A stretch of 64,000 nucleotides of DNA from Octopus sinensis (lineage: Eukaryota), in NCBI RefSeq assembly GCF_006345805.1, contig NC_043015.1, positions 47,058,001 through 47,122,000 of the forward strand. The letters run 5' to 3'. This document shows positions 1 to 9,529 of this stretch, piece after piece; the first letter of the stretch is position 1; each line of letters starts with the position of its first letter. The position numbers were made by a program, and so were the translations under genes. The notes beneath the pieces are model-generated. The model did no database searches, was not told where the DNA came from, and saw nothing but the letters and a program-made list of their open reading frames with translations.

Positions 1-41
1 AGCCAACAGAAACAAGTGGTTTGAACTTGTTACACCAAGAG
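1..41 (-). CDS. Gene B exon (partial, runs off window): (T)LGVTSSNHLFLLA
   Basis: Minus-strand acceptor tcagttgctctttag| at 43-42. The phase-1 reading is open to the window edge and matches the phase-1 end of exon 7036-6866. Confidence 0.5.
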
Positions 42-80
42 CTAAAGAGCAACTGATACAGAATATGTGAATTACATATT

Positions 81-507
81 CTTTTCTGCTCTAGGCACAA
101 GGCCTGAAATTTTTGGGGAGGGGGCCAGTCGATTAGATCGACCTCAGTATGCAACTGGTACTTAATTTATCGACCTCGAAAGGATGAAGGGCAAAGTTGA
201 CCTCGGCGGAATTTGAACTCAGAACGTAACGGCAGATGAAATACTGCTAAGCATTTCACCCGGCACGCTATTGTTTCTTACTTCTTTATTGCCCTCAAGG
301 AGCTAAACACAGAGGGGACAAACAAGGACAGACAAAGGGATTAAGTCGATTACATCAACCCCAGTGCGTAACTGGTACTTAATTTATCGACCCCAAAAGG
401 ATGAAAGGCAAAGTTGACCTCGGCGGAATTTGAACTCAGAACGTTTCGGCAGACGAAATACTAAGCATTTCACCCACCGTGCTATTGTTTCTGCCAGCTC
501 ACCACCT
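81..507 (-). mobile_element. tRNA-derived SINE family A dimer with 17-bp TSD
   Basis: TATGTGAATTACATATT at 64-80 and 508-524. Head GGTGGTGAGCTGGCAGAA, B-box GAGTTCAAATTCC, two body units. Confidence 0.9.
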
Positions 508-716
508 TATGTGAATTACATATTGGTGCATGCATATATACAAGCATGCATAGATGTATACATATATTCTTGTATTCGTTGTATTATATACGTTAACGAT
601 TCTCAGTTGGTGCAGGAATAGCGAAATGATTAAGAAGTTTGAATCCCAATCATATGGTTTTTAGTTCAGTCCCAGCCCATGGCATCTAGGGTAAGTGTTA
701 TTCACTATTGTATGGG

Positions 717-1101
717 GGAAGCACTCCGTCGGTTACGACGATGAGGGTTCCGGTTGATCCGAATCAACGGAACAGCCTGCTCGTGAAATTAACGTGTAAG
801 TGGCTGAGCACTCCACAGACACGTGCACCCTTAACGTAGTTCTCGGGGATATTCAGCGTGACACAGAGAGTGACAAGGCCGGCCCTTTGAAGTACAGGTA
901 CAACAGAAACAGGAAGTAAGAGTGAGAGAAAGTTGTGGTGAAAGAGTACAGCAGGGATCACCACCATCCCCTGCCAGAGCCTCGTGGAGCTTTTAGGTGT
1001 TTTCGCTCAATAAACACTCACAACGCCCGGTCTGGGAATCGAAACCGCGATCCTATGGCCGCGAGTCCACTGCCCTAACCACTGGGCCATTGCGCCTCCA
1101 C
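717..1101 (-). mobile_element. tRNA-derived SINE family C, inserted in an old family B SINE (about 617-1160)
   Basis: A-box TGGCCCAGTGG, B-box GTTTCGATTCC, tail CGTAACCGACGGAGTGCTTCC. Degenerate family B sequence resumes on both sides. Confidence 0.9.
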
Positions 1102-1452
1102 TTTTGTATAGTCCTGGATTGAACAAAGCCCAGTGAGTAGATTTGATAGATGGAAACTATCGGTAAAACATAAATTCCAAAAAAGAAGTTATAAAGCAGT
1201 ATATTATATAATCCCATAATTTAAAAAAAAAAACACAATTCTTGTAACCCAAGATTTCCTGCTCAAGATGATAAACCGTTTATCAAGCTGAAAACAAGAC
1301 ACATGTGTGTGTCAGTTATCTTTTGAGCAGATAACATTGAAAGAAGAGACACATTGTAAAGAAGCCAAGAAGACACAAGGGAGATAACCAATGTTACACT
1401 AATTTAATATCAAGAACACACAAACCAGATGCCAATGGTTTACTAAGTGTCC

Positions 1453-1831
1453 GGAGGCGCAATGGCCCAGTGGTTAGGGCAGTGGACTCGCGGTCATAGG
1501 ATCGCGGTTTCAATTCCCAGACCGGGCGTTGTGAGTGTTTATTGAGCGAAAACACCTAGAGCTCCACGTGGCTCCAGCAGGATGGTGGTGATCCCTGCTG
1601 TACTCTTTCACCACAACTTTCTCTCACTCTTACTTCCTGCTTCTGTTGTACCTGTACTTCAAAGGGCCGGCCTTGTCACTCTCTGTGTCACGCTGAATAT
1701 CCCAGAGAACTACGTTAAGGGTACACATGTCTGTGGAGTGCTCAGCCACTTACATGTTAATTTCACGAGCAGGCTGTTCTGTTGATCGGATCAAACGGAA
1801 CCCTCGTCGTCGTAACCGACGGAGTGCTTCC
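1453..1831 (+). mobile_element. SINE family C with 11-bp TSD
   Basis: ACTAAGTGTCC at 1442-1452 and 1832-1842. Near-identical to 717-1101 and 54996-55385. Confidence 0.92.
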
Positions 1832-2020
1832 ACTAAGTGTCCAGTGGTCTACTGTTAAATTCTGACAAGTTGTATTTCTTGAAATGTGAACATACATAAA
1901 AAAAAAAAAACTTGTTCTTTGAATTTATGTATTCATTGGAAGTTCTCAAGATTTTTACGAGATACAGTTTTTAAAGAGAACACAACGAACATTTTTTGGA
2001 CCCATTAATATGGAGTCTGG

Positions 2021-2497
2021 GTTACCAGCGAGCTGGCAGAAACGTTAGCACGCCGGGTGAAATGCGTAGCCGTATTTCGTCTGTCGTTATGTTCCGAGTT
2101 CAAATTCCGCCAAGGTCGACTTTGCCTTTCATCCTTTCAGGGTCGATAAATTAAGTACCTATTTCTTTACTACCCACATGGGGCTAAACATAGAGGGGAC
2201 AAACAAGTACAGACAAACGGATTAAGTCAATTACATCGACCCCAGTGCGTCACTGGTACTTAATTTATCGACCCCGAAAGGATGAAAGGCAAAGTCGACC
2301 TTGGCAGAATTTGAACTCGGAACGTAACGACAGACGAAATACGGCTTCGCATTTCGCCCGATGTGCTAATGTTTCTGCCAGCTCGCCACTAAATTAAGTA
2401 CCAGTTACGCACTGGGGTCGATGTAATCGACTTAATCCCTTTGTCTGTCCTTGTTGGTCCCCTCTGTGTTTAGCCCCTTGTGGGTAGTAAAGAAATA
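2021..2497 (+). mobile_element. SINE family A containing an antiparallel family A copy (2160-2389)
   Basis: Outer TSD TAATATGGAGTCTGG (2006-2020, 2498-2512). Inner TSD TAAATTAAGTACC (2147-2159, 2390-2402). Confidence 0.9.
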
Positions 2498-2575
2498 TAA
2501 TATGGAGTCTGGATTTGGAGAGGATTTTCCATCAGATGTCAAAACTTTCCCTTCATCTTTAAGTTTCCAAATTAA

Positions 2576-2796
2576 CCCTTTAGTGTTCGCATTATTCTGC
2601 CAAAACTAATGCTTTTTTATCCACATTGTTTTGAACTAATCATGCATTATCTTGTAGCTATGAGATTTTGATGAGGTAGCTGTCAATTTTAAAAATGATA
2701 TTGCAGGGTAGGTGTGAGAGACCAGATCTGACCAGTTTGACCATAAAACAGGCAGAATACTTATGGCCGGATATGGCCGGTTTAAATGCTAAAGGG
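2576..2796. mobile_element. piggyBac-like MITE family 1
   Basis: TTAA on both sides, TIR CCCTTTAG/CTAAAGGG. Other copies at 35463-35681 and about 46757-46945. Confidence 0.85.
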
Positions 2797-3147
2797 TTAA
2801 AGCTGAAAAGGTTGTTGAATGTCTCTTATCGTGGTGCCTAAAATTCAAAAGATGGTATCCAGATTTAATTTCTCCTTCCATGGCTCCGATATAACATTTG
2901 ATATGAGTACGACTATTGTTTTACTTTGCAGAAATTTGTGCTCCATACAACAAAAGCTATATATTGCACTCCAGTCCTCTAGGACAGGAGTGCAATATTT
3001 TTCTGAATTTATACACACGTGCACACACACACACACAAATACACACACATACAGAGAAAAGAAATCTTGTCTCTCAAATTTATGTATTCGTTGGATGTTC
3101 TCAAGTTTGTAATGCAATTCATATGCACACACATACACACATATATA

Positions 3148-3565
3148 TATTTCTTTACTACCCACTAGGGGCTAAACATAGAGGGGACAAACAAGGACAG
3201 ACAAAGGGATTAAGTCGATTACACTGACCCCAGTGTGTAACTGGTATTTATTTTAATCAATCGTGAAAGGATGAAAGGCAAAGTCAACCTAGGCAGAATT
3301 TGAACTCAGAACATAACAGTGGATGAAATACCTATTTCTTTACTACCCACTAGGGGCTAAACATAGAGGGGACAAACAAGGACAGACAAAGGGATTAAGT
3401 CGATTACATCGACTCCAGTGCATAACTGGTACTTATTTAATTGACCCCGAAAGGATGAAAGGCAAAGTCGACCTCAGCGGAATTTGAACTCAGAACGTAA
3501 CGGCAGATGAAATACGGCTACGCATTTCGCCTGGCATGCTAACGTTTCTGGCAGCTTGCCGCCTT
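3148..3565 (-). mobile_element. SINE family A concatemer (head + 2 bodies)
   Basis: Junction GAAATACCTATTTC at 3325-3338. Confidence 0.88.
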
Positions 3566-4060
3566 GAAAAAGTTGGCTTTGCTGAGATTTGAACTCAGAC
3601 TGTAAATATATGTAAATATTTAATATGAGGTATTAAGTCTGGCACGGTATCATCCCTGCTCGCATACACATATATATATATATATACAAATACACACACA
3701 TACATGATGAGTTTCCAGGAAGTTTGAGTCTACCAATTTCAGTTAAGAATGTAATCAGTAACTTAGCAAAGTGAACATATTAACCACAAAACTCTGTCTA
3801 CACTTATATTTATCTTTCATCTGATATATTGATATTAATGTTATTTTATATCATATGTCACTTGCCACAAGGTCAACTTTTGTAAGAGAAGAGGCATAGT
3901 AAAGAGCATCAGGTGCAGTTTATGTTATTGTTGTTAAGTTGACTTACCAATTCCAGGAAAGATCAGGAAGGGCAAGCTTGCTTTATAGTAGTAGTAGTAG
4001 TAGCTATCGTTGTTTAACATGAAAAAATTAGCACACATACTAAAATATATTTTACATATC

Positions 4061-4860
4061 GGCATCATCATCCTCCTCATCATCATCATCATTTAACATC
4101 TATTGTCCATGCTGACATGGGTTGAACAGTGTGACCAGAGCTGGCAAGCCAGTGGGGCTGCACCTGACTCCAGTCTAATTTGGTGTGGTTTCTATGGCTG
4201 GATGCCCTTCCTAATGCCAACTACTTTACAGAGTGTGCTGGGTGCCTTTACATAGCACCTCATGTGCACTTTTATTTGGCACTGCACAGACGCTTTTACA
4301 TGACGCCACACAGGCACCTTTATGTATTACCACATGGGTGATTTTACATGGCACTCCATGGGCACTTTTATGTGGCACCACATGGGTGCTTTTATGTGAC
4401 ACTGCACAGGCGTTTTTACATGATGCCACACAGGCACCTTTATGTATTACCACATGGATGCTTTTACATGCCACTCCATGGGCACTTTTATGTGGCACCA
4501 CATGGGCGCTTTTATGTGGCACTGCACAGGTGCTTTTACATGACGCCACACAGGCACCTTTATGTGTTACTGCACGGGTGCTTCTACATGGCACTCCATG
4601 GGCACTTTTATGTGACACCACATGGGTGCTTTTATGTGGCACTGCACAGGCGCTTTTACATGACGCCACACAGGCACCTTTGTGTGTTACCACATGGGTG
4701 CTTTTACATGGCACTCCATGGGGCACATTTATGTGGCCCCACATGGGCGCTTTTACATGGCACCTCCATGACTGCTTTACACAACCAGAAGGATTGATCT
4801 TAACACTTTTACTATGGGGTATGGGTCTTCTTGAGTACTACCAGGTGCCAGGTATCTCGG
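4061..4860 (-). mobile_element. RTE-type LINE 3' fragment with internal minisatellite
   Basis: (CAT)n tail followed by the reverse complement of the CCAACCCATGCTAGCATGG / GGAAGGGCATCCAGC terminus shared with other RTE copies in the window. Confidence 0.75.
4245..4770. repeat. 24-bp minisatellite with 120-bp (5-mer) higher-order repeat
   Basis: Monomers such as TTTTACATGGCACTCCATGGGCAC and TTTTATGTGGCACCACATGGGTGC. Sequence at 4261, 4381, 4501 and 4621 is in register. Confidence 0.92.
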
Positions 4861-4925
4861 TCCTTCGTTATTTCCCCTGAAAGGTTCAGCTTCCAGAGAT
4901 TGTTCTTATATTAATATAAGACAAT

Positions 4926-5139
4926 TAATGTTACCAAATGGTTTCAAGCTGAGAGTCTTCCCGAAGTGAAGAGATAAATTAACAATCACTGAACATGGCT
5001 AAAAGGATCTTTTCTGGCTGCTTTTGCTTGCAGTTTGTTGAGTCCTGGGCATACTTTTCCATTCAGCTGTGTCTGATGATTGTTAATTTACCTCTTCACT
5101 TCTGAAAAGTTTTCAGCATGAAACCATTCAGTAACATTA
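4926..5139. mobile_element. MITE-like element with ~70-bp imperfect TIRs
   Basis: TAATGTTACCAAATGGTTTCAAGCTGAGAGTC... is the reverse complement of ...TTTTCAGCATGAAACCATTCAGTAACATTA. Confidence 0.7.
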
Positions 5140-5277
5140 TAAGTTTTGTAGTTTTATATAAATAATAATATATCCACTCTATTACCTCCTCCATACAAGT
5201 GCCTCCTTTTTTTTAGCCTATGACAATTTTTTGTCACCTTTTATGTGTGTGTGTGTGTGTGTATGTATGTGTGTGTG

Positions 5278-5473
5278 TGTGACCTTGTGTGTACCGTTGC
5301 CGATTTTTTTCCTCTGTCTTCCCTTCTCTGGATCTATCCTTCTCCTATGTTTCCGACGAAGAGCTCCGCTCGAAACGTTAAACCCTCCTTCTTCCCTTCT
5401 TTCCTGAGCATCCAATAATACTATATTTGTTCGCCGTCCTCACGTTGTTGTGTTTTTTTTGTTTGGATTAACT
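5278..5473 (+). mobile_element. ~200-bp Penelope-like terminal repeat element with hammerhead motif
   Basis: Five copies: 5278-5473(+), 11570-11770(-), 38554-38758(+), 41104-41310(-), 55735-55946(+). Four abut (TA)n tracts. Confidence 0.75.
5349..5383 (+). ncRNA. Minimal type-I hammerhead ribozyme motif
   Basis: GTTT-CCGACGA-A-GAGC-TCC-GCTC-GAAA-CG-T-T-AAAC: stem I GTTT/AAAC, stem II GAGC/GCTC, palindromic stem III ACGT. The core has C in place of the usual U4. Confidence 0.6.
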
Positions 5474-5506
5474 TTATATCTATATATATATATATATATG
5501 TGTATA

Positions 5507-5596
<90 letters not shown>

Positions 5597-5850
5597 TATG
5601 TATATATATATATATTATATATATATATATTATATATATGTATATATATATATATATATGTATATACCTACATATCTATCTATCTATATATATATGTATC
5701 TCTCTCTATCATCATCATCATGATGATGATGAAGAGAGAGATACATATATATATAGATAGATATGTAGGTATCTATCTATACTCACACACATGCACACAC
5801 ACACGTGCACGTGCACACACACACACACACACACACACAAGCACAGACAC
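5474..5850. repeat. Compound (TA)n/(GA)n/(CAT)n/(CA)n microsatellite
   Basis: Seen directly. Confidence 0.97.
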
Positions 5851-6072
5851 ACACGAGACTTCCACACAATCTGCAGATATAAAATGTTTAATGCAAGAGA
5901 CATTAGTCAGTTTGAGGCTTTAGTGGAAGACACTTGCTCAAGGTGCCATCAATTGAGATTGAACACAGAAACATGTCACAGCAAACTGATTATCACACAC
6001 CGAACCATGTGGTTCAAAAAAATGATTTCCTTAACCATTCAACCATGTCTACCCCATACTGCCCTTCTTTAA

Positions 6073-6784
6073 CCCCTTTCGTTACCAACCCGGCTGAAAC
6101 CGGCTCTGGCTCTGAGTACAAATGTCTTGTTTTCAAAAGTTCTGAATTAAAATCTTCCACCAAACCTTAGTCACAAATAATGTTCCTAACACTAGCTTAA
6201 TGATAACTAAGTTATTTTACTCAGTTCTTTGTTATATTTAAAATTAATTGAAGGAAACACAGAGCATCTCAACAGAAACATGGTAACAAAAGGGTCAAAA
6301 TATAAAACAGAGAAACAATTCTTAACCCTTTCAATGCCAACCCGGCTGAAACTGGCTCTGGCTCTGAGTACAAATGTCTTGTTTTCAAAAGTTCTGAATT
6401 AAAATCTTCCACCAAACCTTAGTCACAATTTATGGTCCTAACACTAGCTGAATGATAACTAAGTTCTTTGTTATATTTAAAATTAATTGAAGGAAACACA
6501 GAGCATCTCAACAGAAACATGGTAACAAAAGGGTCAAAATATATAACAGAGAAACAATTCTTAACCCTTTCAATGCCAACCCGGCTGAAACTGGCTCTGG
6601 CTCTGAGCACAAATGTCTTGTTTTCAAAAGTCCTGAATTAAAATCTTCCACCAAACCTTAGTCACAATTTATGGTCCTAACACTAGCTGAATGATAACTA
6701 AGTTATTTTACTCAGTTCTTTGTTATATTTAAAGTAATTCAAAGAAATACAGAGCATCTCAAAATAAATACGGTAACGAAAGGG
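6073..6784. mobile_element. Three tandem piggyBac-like MITEs (family 2): 6073-6294, 6326-6533, 6565-6784
   Basis: Outer ends TTAA-CCCCTTTCGTTACC and GGTAACGAAAGGG-TTAA. The internal spacers are nearly identical. Confidence 0.85.
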
Positions 6785-6865
6785 TTAAATTTATTGGTAA
6801 CAGTCCAATGATTAAAAGTAGTAAAGGACTAAATAAGTGGAAGAATATAATGTAATAGTACTTAC

Positions 6866-7036
6866 TTTTGAACTTTACTGTAATGGATTTTGATTTTTTG
6901 CATAAGATATGGTAAAAAAACTCATTGGTGCCATTCTGTTCTGAACCAGTGTCACTGTTAATACATTTTATTGCTTGGACAGCTTTGACTTCTTTAAGTA
7001 TCCTCTTTGCAGGGCTTATCCTTATAGTTTTGGTAT
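6866..7036 (-). CDS. Gene B internal exon (171 nt, phase 1-1): (D)TKTIRISPAKRILKEVKAVQAIKCINSDTGSEQNGTNEFFYHILCKKSKSITVKFK
   Basis: Acceptor tttacttcag|, donor AAAA|gtaagt. Only one frame is open and it is phase-compatible with the neighbouring exons. Confidence 0.8.
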
Positions 7037-7089
7037 CTGAAGTAAATATATTGGAAACGTATACTGTAAATATATTGGAAACGTATACA

Positions 7090-7499
7090 GCAGGAGTGGC
7101 TGTGTGGTAAGGAGCTAGTTTACCAACCACATGGTTCCGGGTTCAGTCCCACTGTGTGGCACCTTGGGCAAGTGTCTTCTACTATAGCCTCGGGCCGACC
7201 AAAGCCTTGTGAGTGGATTTGGTAGACGGAAACTGAAAGAAGCCCGTCGTATATATGTGTATATATATATATATATATGCGTGTGTGTGTTTGTGTGTCT
7301 GTGTTTGTCCCCCTAGCATTGCTTGACAACCGATGCTGGTGTGTTTATGTCCCCGTTACTTAGCGGTTCGGCAAAAGAGACCGATAGAATAAGTACTGGG
7401 CTTACAAAAGAATAAGTCCCGGGGTCGAGTTGCTCGATTAAAGGCGGTGCTCCAGCATGGCCGCAGTCAAATGACTGAAACAAGTAAAAGAGTAAAAGA
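7090..7499 (+). mobile_element. SINE family B (tRNA head + CORE-like domain + internal microsatellite), representative copy
   Basis: A-box TGGCTGTGTGG, B-box GGTTCAGTCCC, CORE-like GCACCTTGGGCAAGTG, tail CCAGCATGGCCGCAGTCAAATGACTGAAAC. About 20 copies, e.g. 7677-8080, 8915-9318, 10262-10675, 11153-11552, 23326-23730, 26984-27330, 29542-29965, 33033-33490, 36730-37155, 42730-43130, 43577-43970, 44286-44735, 45480-45855, 56158-56575, 62095-62495. Confidence 0.92.
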
Positions 7500-8191
7500 G
7501 AGTGTATTAGATGACATAAAGGATGCATGGGTATATTAGATGCGTCCAAACTTCAGCAACATGTGTTCAGGAAAAAAAACCTTTTAGTGCACTGAGCCAT
7601 GTAGTATTTAAAGCAACTTCCCATGTAGGACCCAGGGAGATTTTTTTTGAGACATTTAAAAAAAAATAAACAGACCAGGAGTGGCTGTGTGGTAAGTAGC
7701 TTGCTTACCAACCAAACAGTTCCGGGTTCAGTCCCACTGCGTGACACCTTGGGCAAGTGTCTTCTACTATAACCTTGGGCCAACCAAAGCCTTGTGAGTG
7801 GATTTGGTAGACGGAAACTGAAAGAAGCCCGTCGTATATATATGTGTATGTGTGTGTGTGTGTGTGTTTGTGTGTCTGTGTTTGTCCTCCCCAACATCGC
7901 TTGACAACTGATGATGGTATGATTACATCCCCGTTACTTAGCGGTTCGGCAAAAGAGACCGATAGAATAAGTACTAGGCTTACAAAGAATAAGTCCTGGG
8001 GTCGATTTGCTCGACTAAAAGGCGGTGCTCCAGCATGGCCGCAGTCAAATGACTGAAACAAGTAAGAGAGTAAAGAGTAAAGTGCATCCCACATGTGCAC
8101 ACACACACACACACACATACACACACACACGTACACATATGTGATGGCATAACAGGTGCAGGGACATGTTAAGCACAAACTAATTTCAATT

Positions 8192-8442
8192 TGTGGAAGG
8201 CGCGTGGCTTAGTGGTTAGGGTGTTGAACTCATGATTGTGATGTTGTGGTTTCGATTCCTGGACCGGGCGATGTGTTGTGTTCTTGAGCAAAACACTTCA
8301 TTTTCATGTTGCTCCAGTCCACTCAGCTGGCAAAAATAAGTAATCCTGCGACGGACTGGTGTCCCGTCCAGTTGGGGAATTTCTACGCCACTGAAACCGG
8401 GAAACCAGTCCTTATGAGCCTGGCATGGCTCGAGAAGGAACA
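8192..8442 (+). mobile_element. tRNA-derived SINE with CTGCGACGGACTGG..CCCGTCCAG (V-domain-like) body
   Basis: A/B boxes and tail GGCATGGCTCGAGAAGGAACA. Relatives at 13490-13775(-), 14050-14150(+) and 21432-21732(-). Confidence 0.8.
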
Positions 8443-9529
8443 TTTATTTTTTTTTTTATTTCAATTTGCATATAGGAACCATGATGTGTTTTGGAGACTT
8501 TTACTTCAAAAACAAGAATATGTCTTATATACCATTAAATATAACAATAATAATAATAATAATAATTTTTCAAAAGGAAGTTTGAGCTGATATTGGATGG
8601 TGAGGTGGGATGACATCAGCAGCTGGGGAGCTGACCGGAACTTGGGGCTGACCGGAAGAGGAAGGGGCAGGAGTGACGCATGCACCGTTTTCGATCGGGG
8701 TAGCCGACAGAGCTGGACATGTGAGCACTTTGTCAAGGTAGGGGAAAAGCAGCTGCTATTTTTAGCGTTTGGGTGGGGCCACGTGGAAGGGTGCATTACT
8801 GCCGGAGATGTCTGCATCGAAGAAGAGAAGGTAGGTGTCTTTATTTCAAATCTCCCACATACACCACAGGTGAGAAAGTCTATAAATCATGTAAGATAAT
8901 ATTTATCCACAGGTGCAGGAGTGGCTGTGTGGTAAGTAGCTTGTTTACCAACCACATGGTTCCGGGTTCAGTCCCACTGTGTGGAACCTTGGGCAAGTGT
9001 CTTCTACTATAGCCTCAGGCCGACCAAAGCCTTGTGAGTGGATTTGGTAGACGGAAACTGAAAGAAGCCTGTCATATATATGTATATATATGTATGTGCG
9101 TGTATGTTTGCATGTCTGTGTTTGTCCCCCTAGCATTGCTTGACAACCGATGCTGGTGTGTTTATGTCCCCGTCACTTAGCGGTTCGGCAAAAGAGACCG
9201 ATAGAATAAGTACTGGGCTTACAAAGAATAAGTCCTGGGGTCGAGTTGCTCGATTAAAGGCGGTGCTCCAGCATGGCCGCAGTCAAAATGACTGAAACAA
9301 GTAAAAAGAGAAAAAGAGAGTCATTCAACAACACGCTAGCAACAGAGCCAGATCTCCTAGATTTCACAACTAGCCATCTTAAGTAAAGAATGGTATGTTC
9401 CAGTACCATTAACCACCGCAGCTCGTTGCTGGAACGTACCAGTGATGCCACGTATTTTGTGCAGTCATGCTGCATAATTACAAGGAAATGTAATTTCTTT
9501 CCATTTTTACAAATCGAAATTGAACCAAT

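Noticed and set aside
2-69. Plus-strand frame ANRNKWFELVTPRAKEQLIQNM* as an exon
   Set aside because: The minus-strand reading has a better acceptor and fits the phase of two well-supported exons. The plus-strand reading has no partner exon.
1453-1530. tRNA genes in SINE heads
   Set aside because: A/B boxes are present but the heads are fused to SINE bodies and lack a complete cloverleaf.
4226-4880. Long ORFs (172, 215 and 149 aa) as genes
   Set aside because: They are by-products of a stop-free 24-bp repeat inside a retroelement, with no convincing splice or start context.
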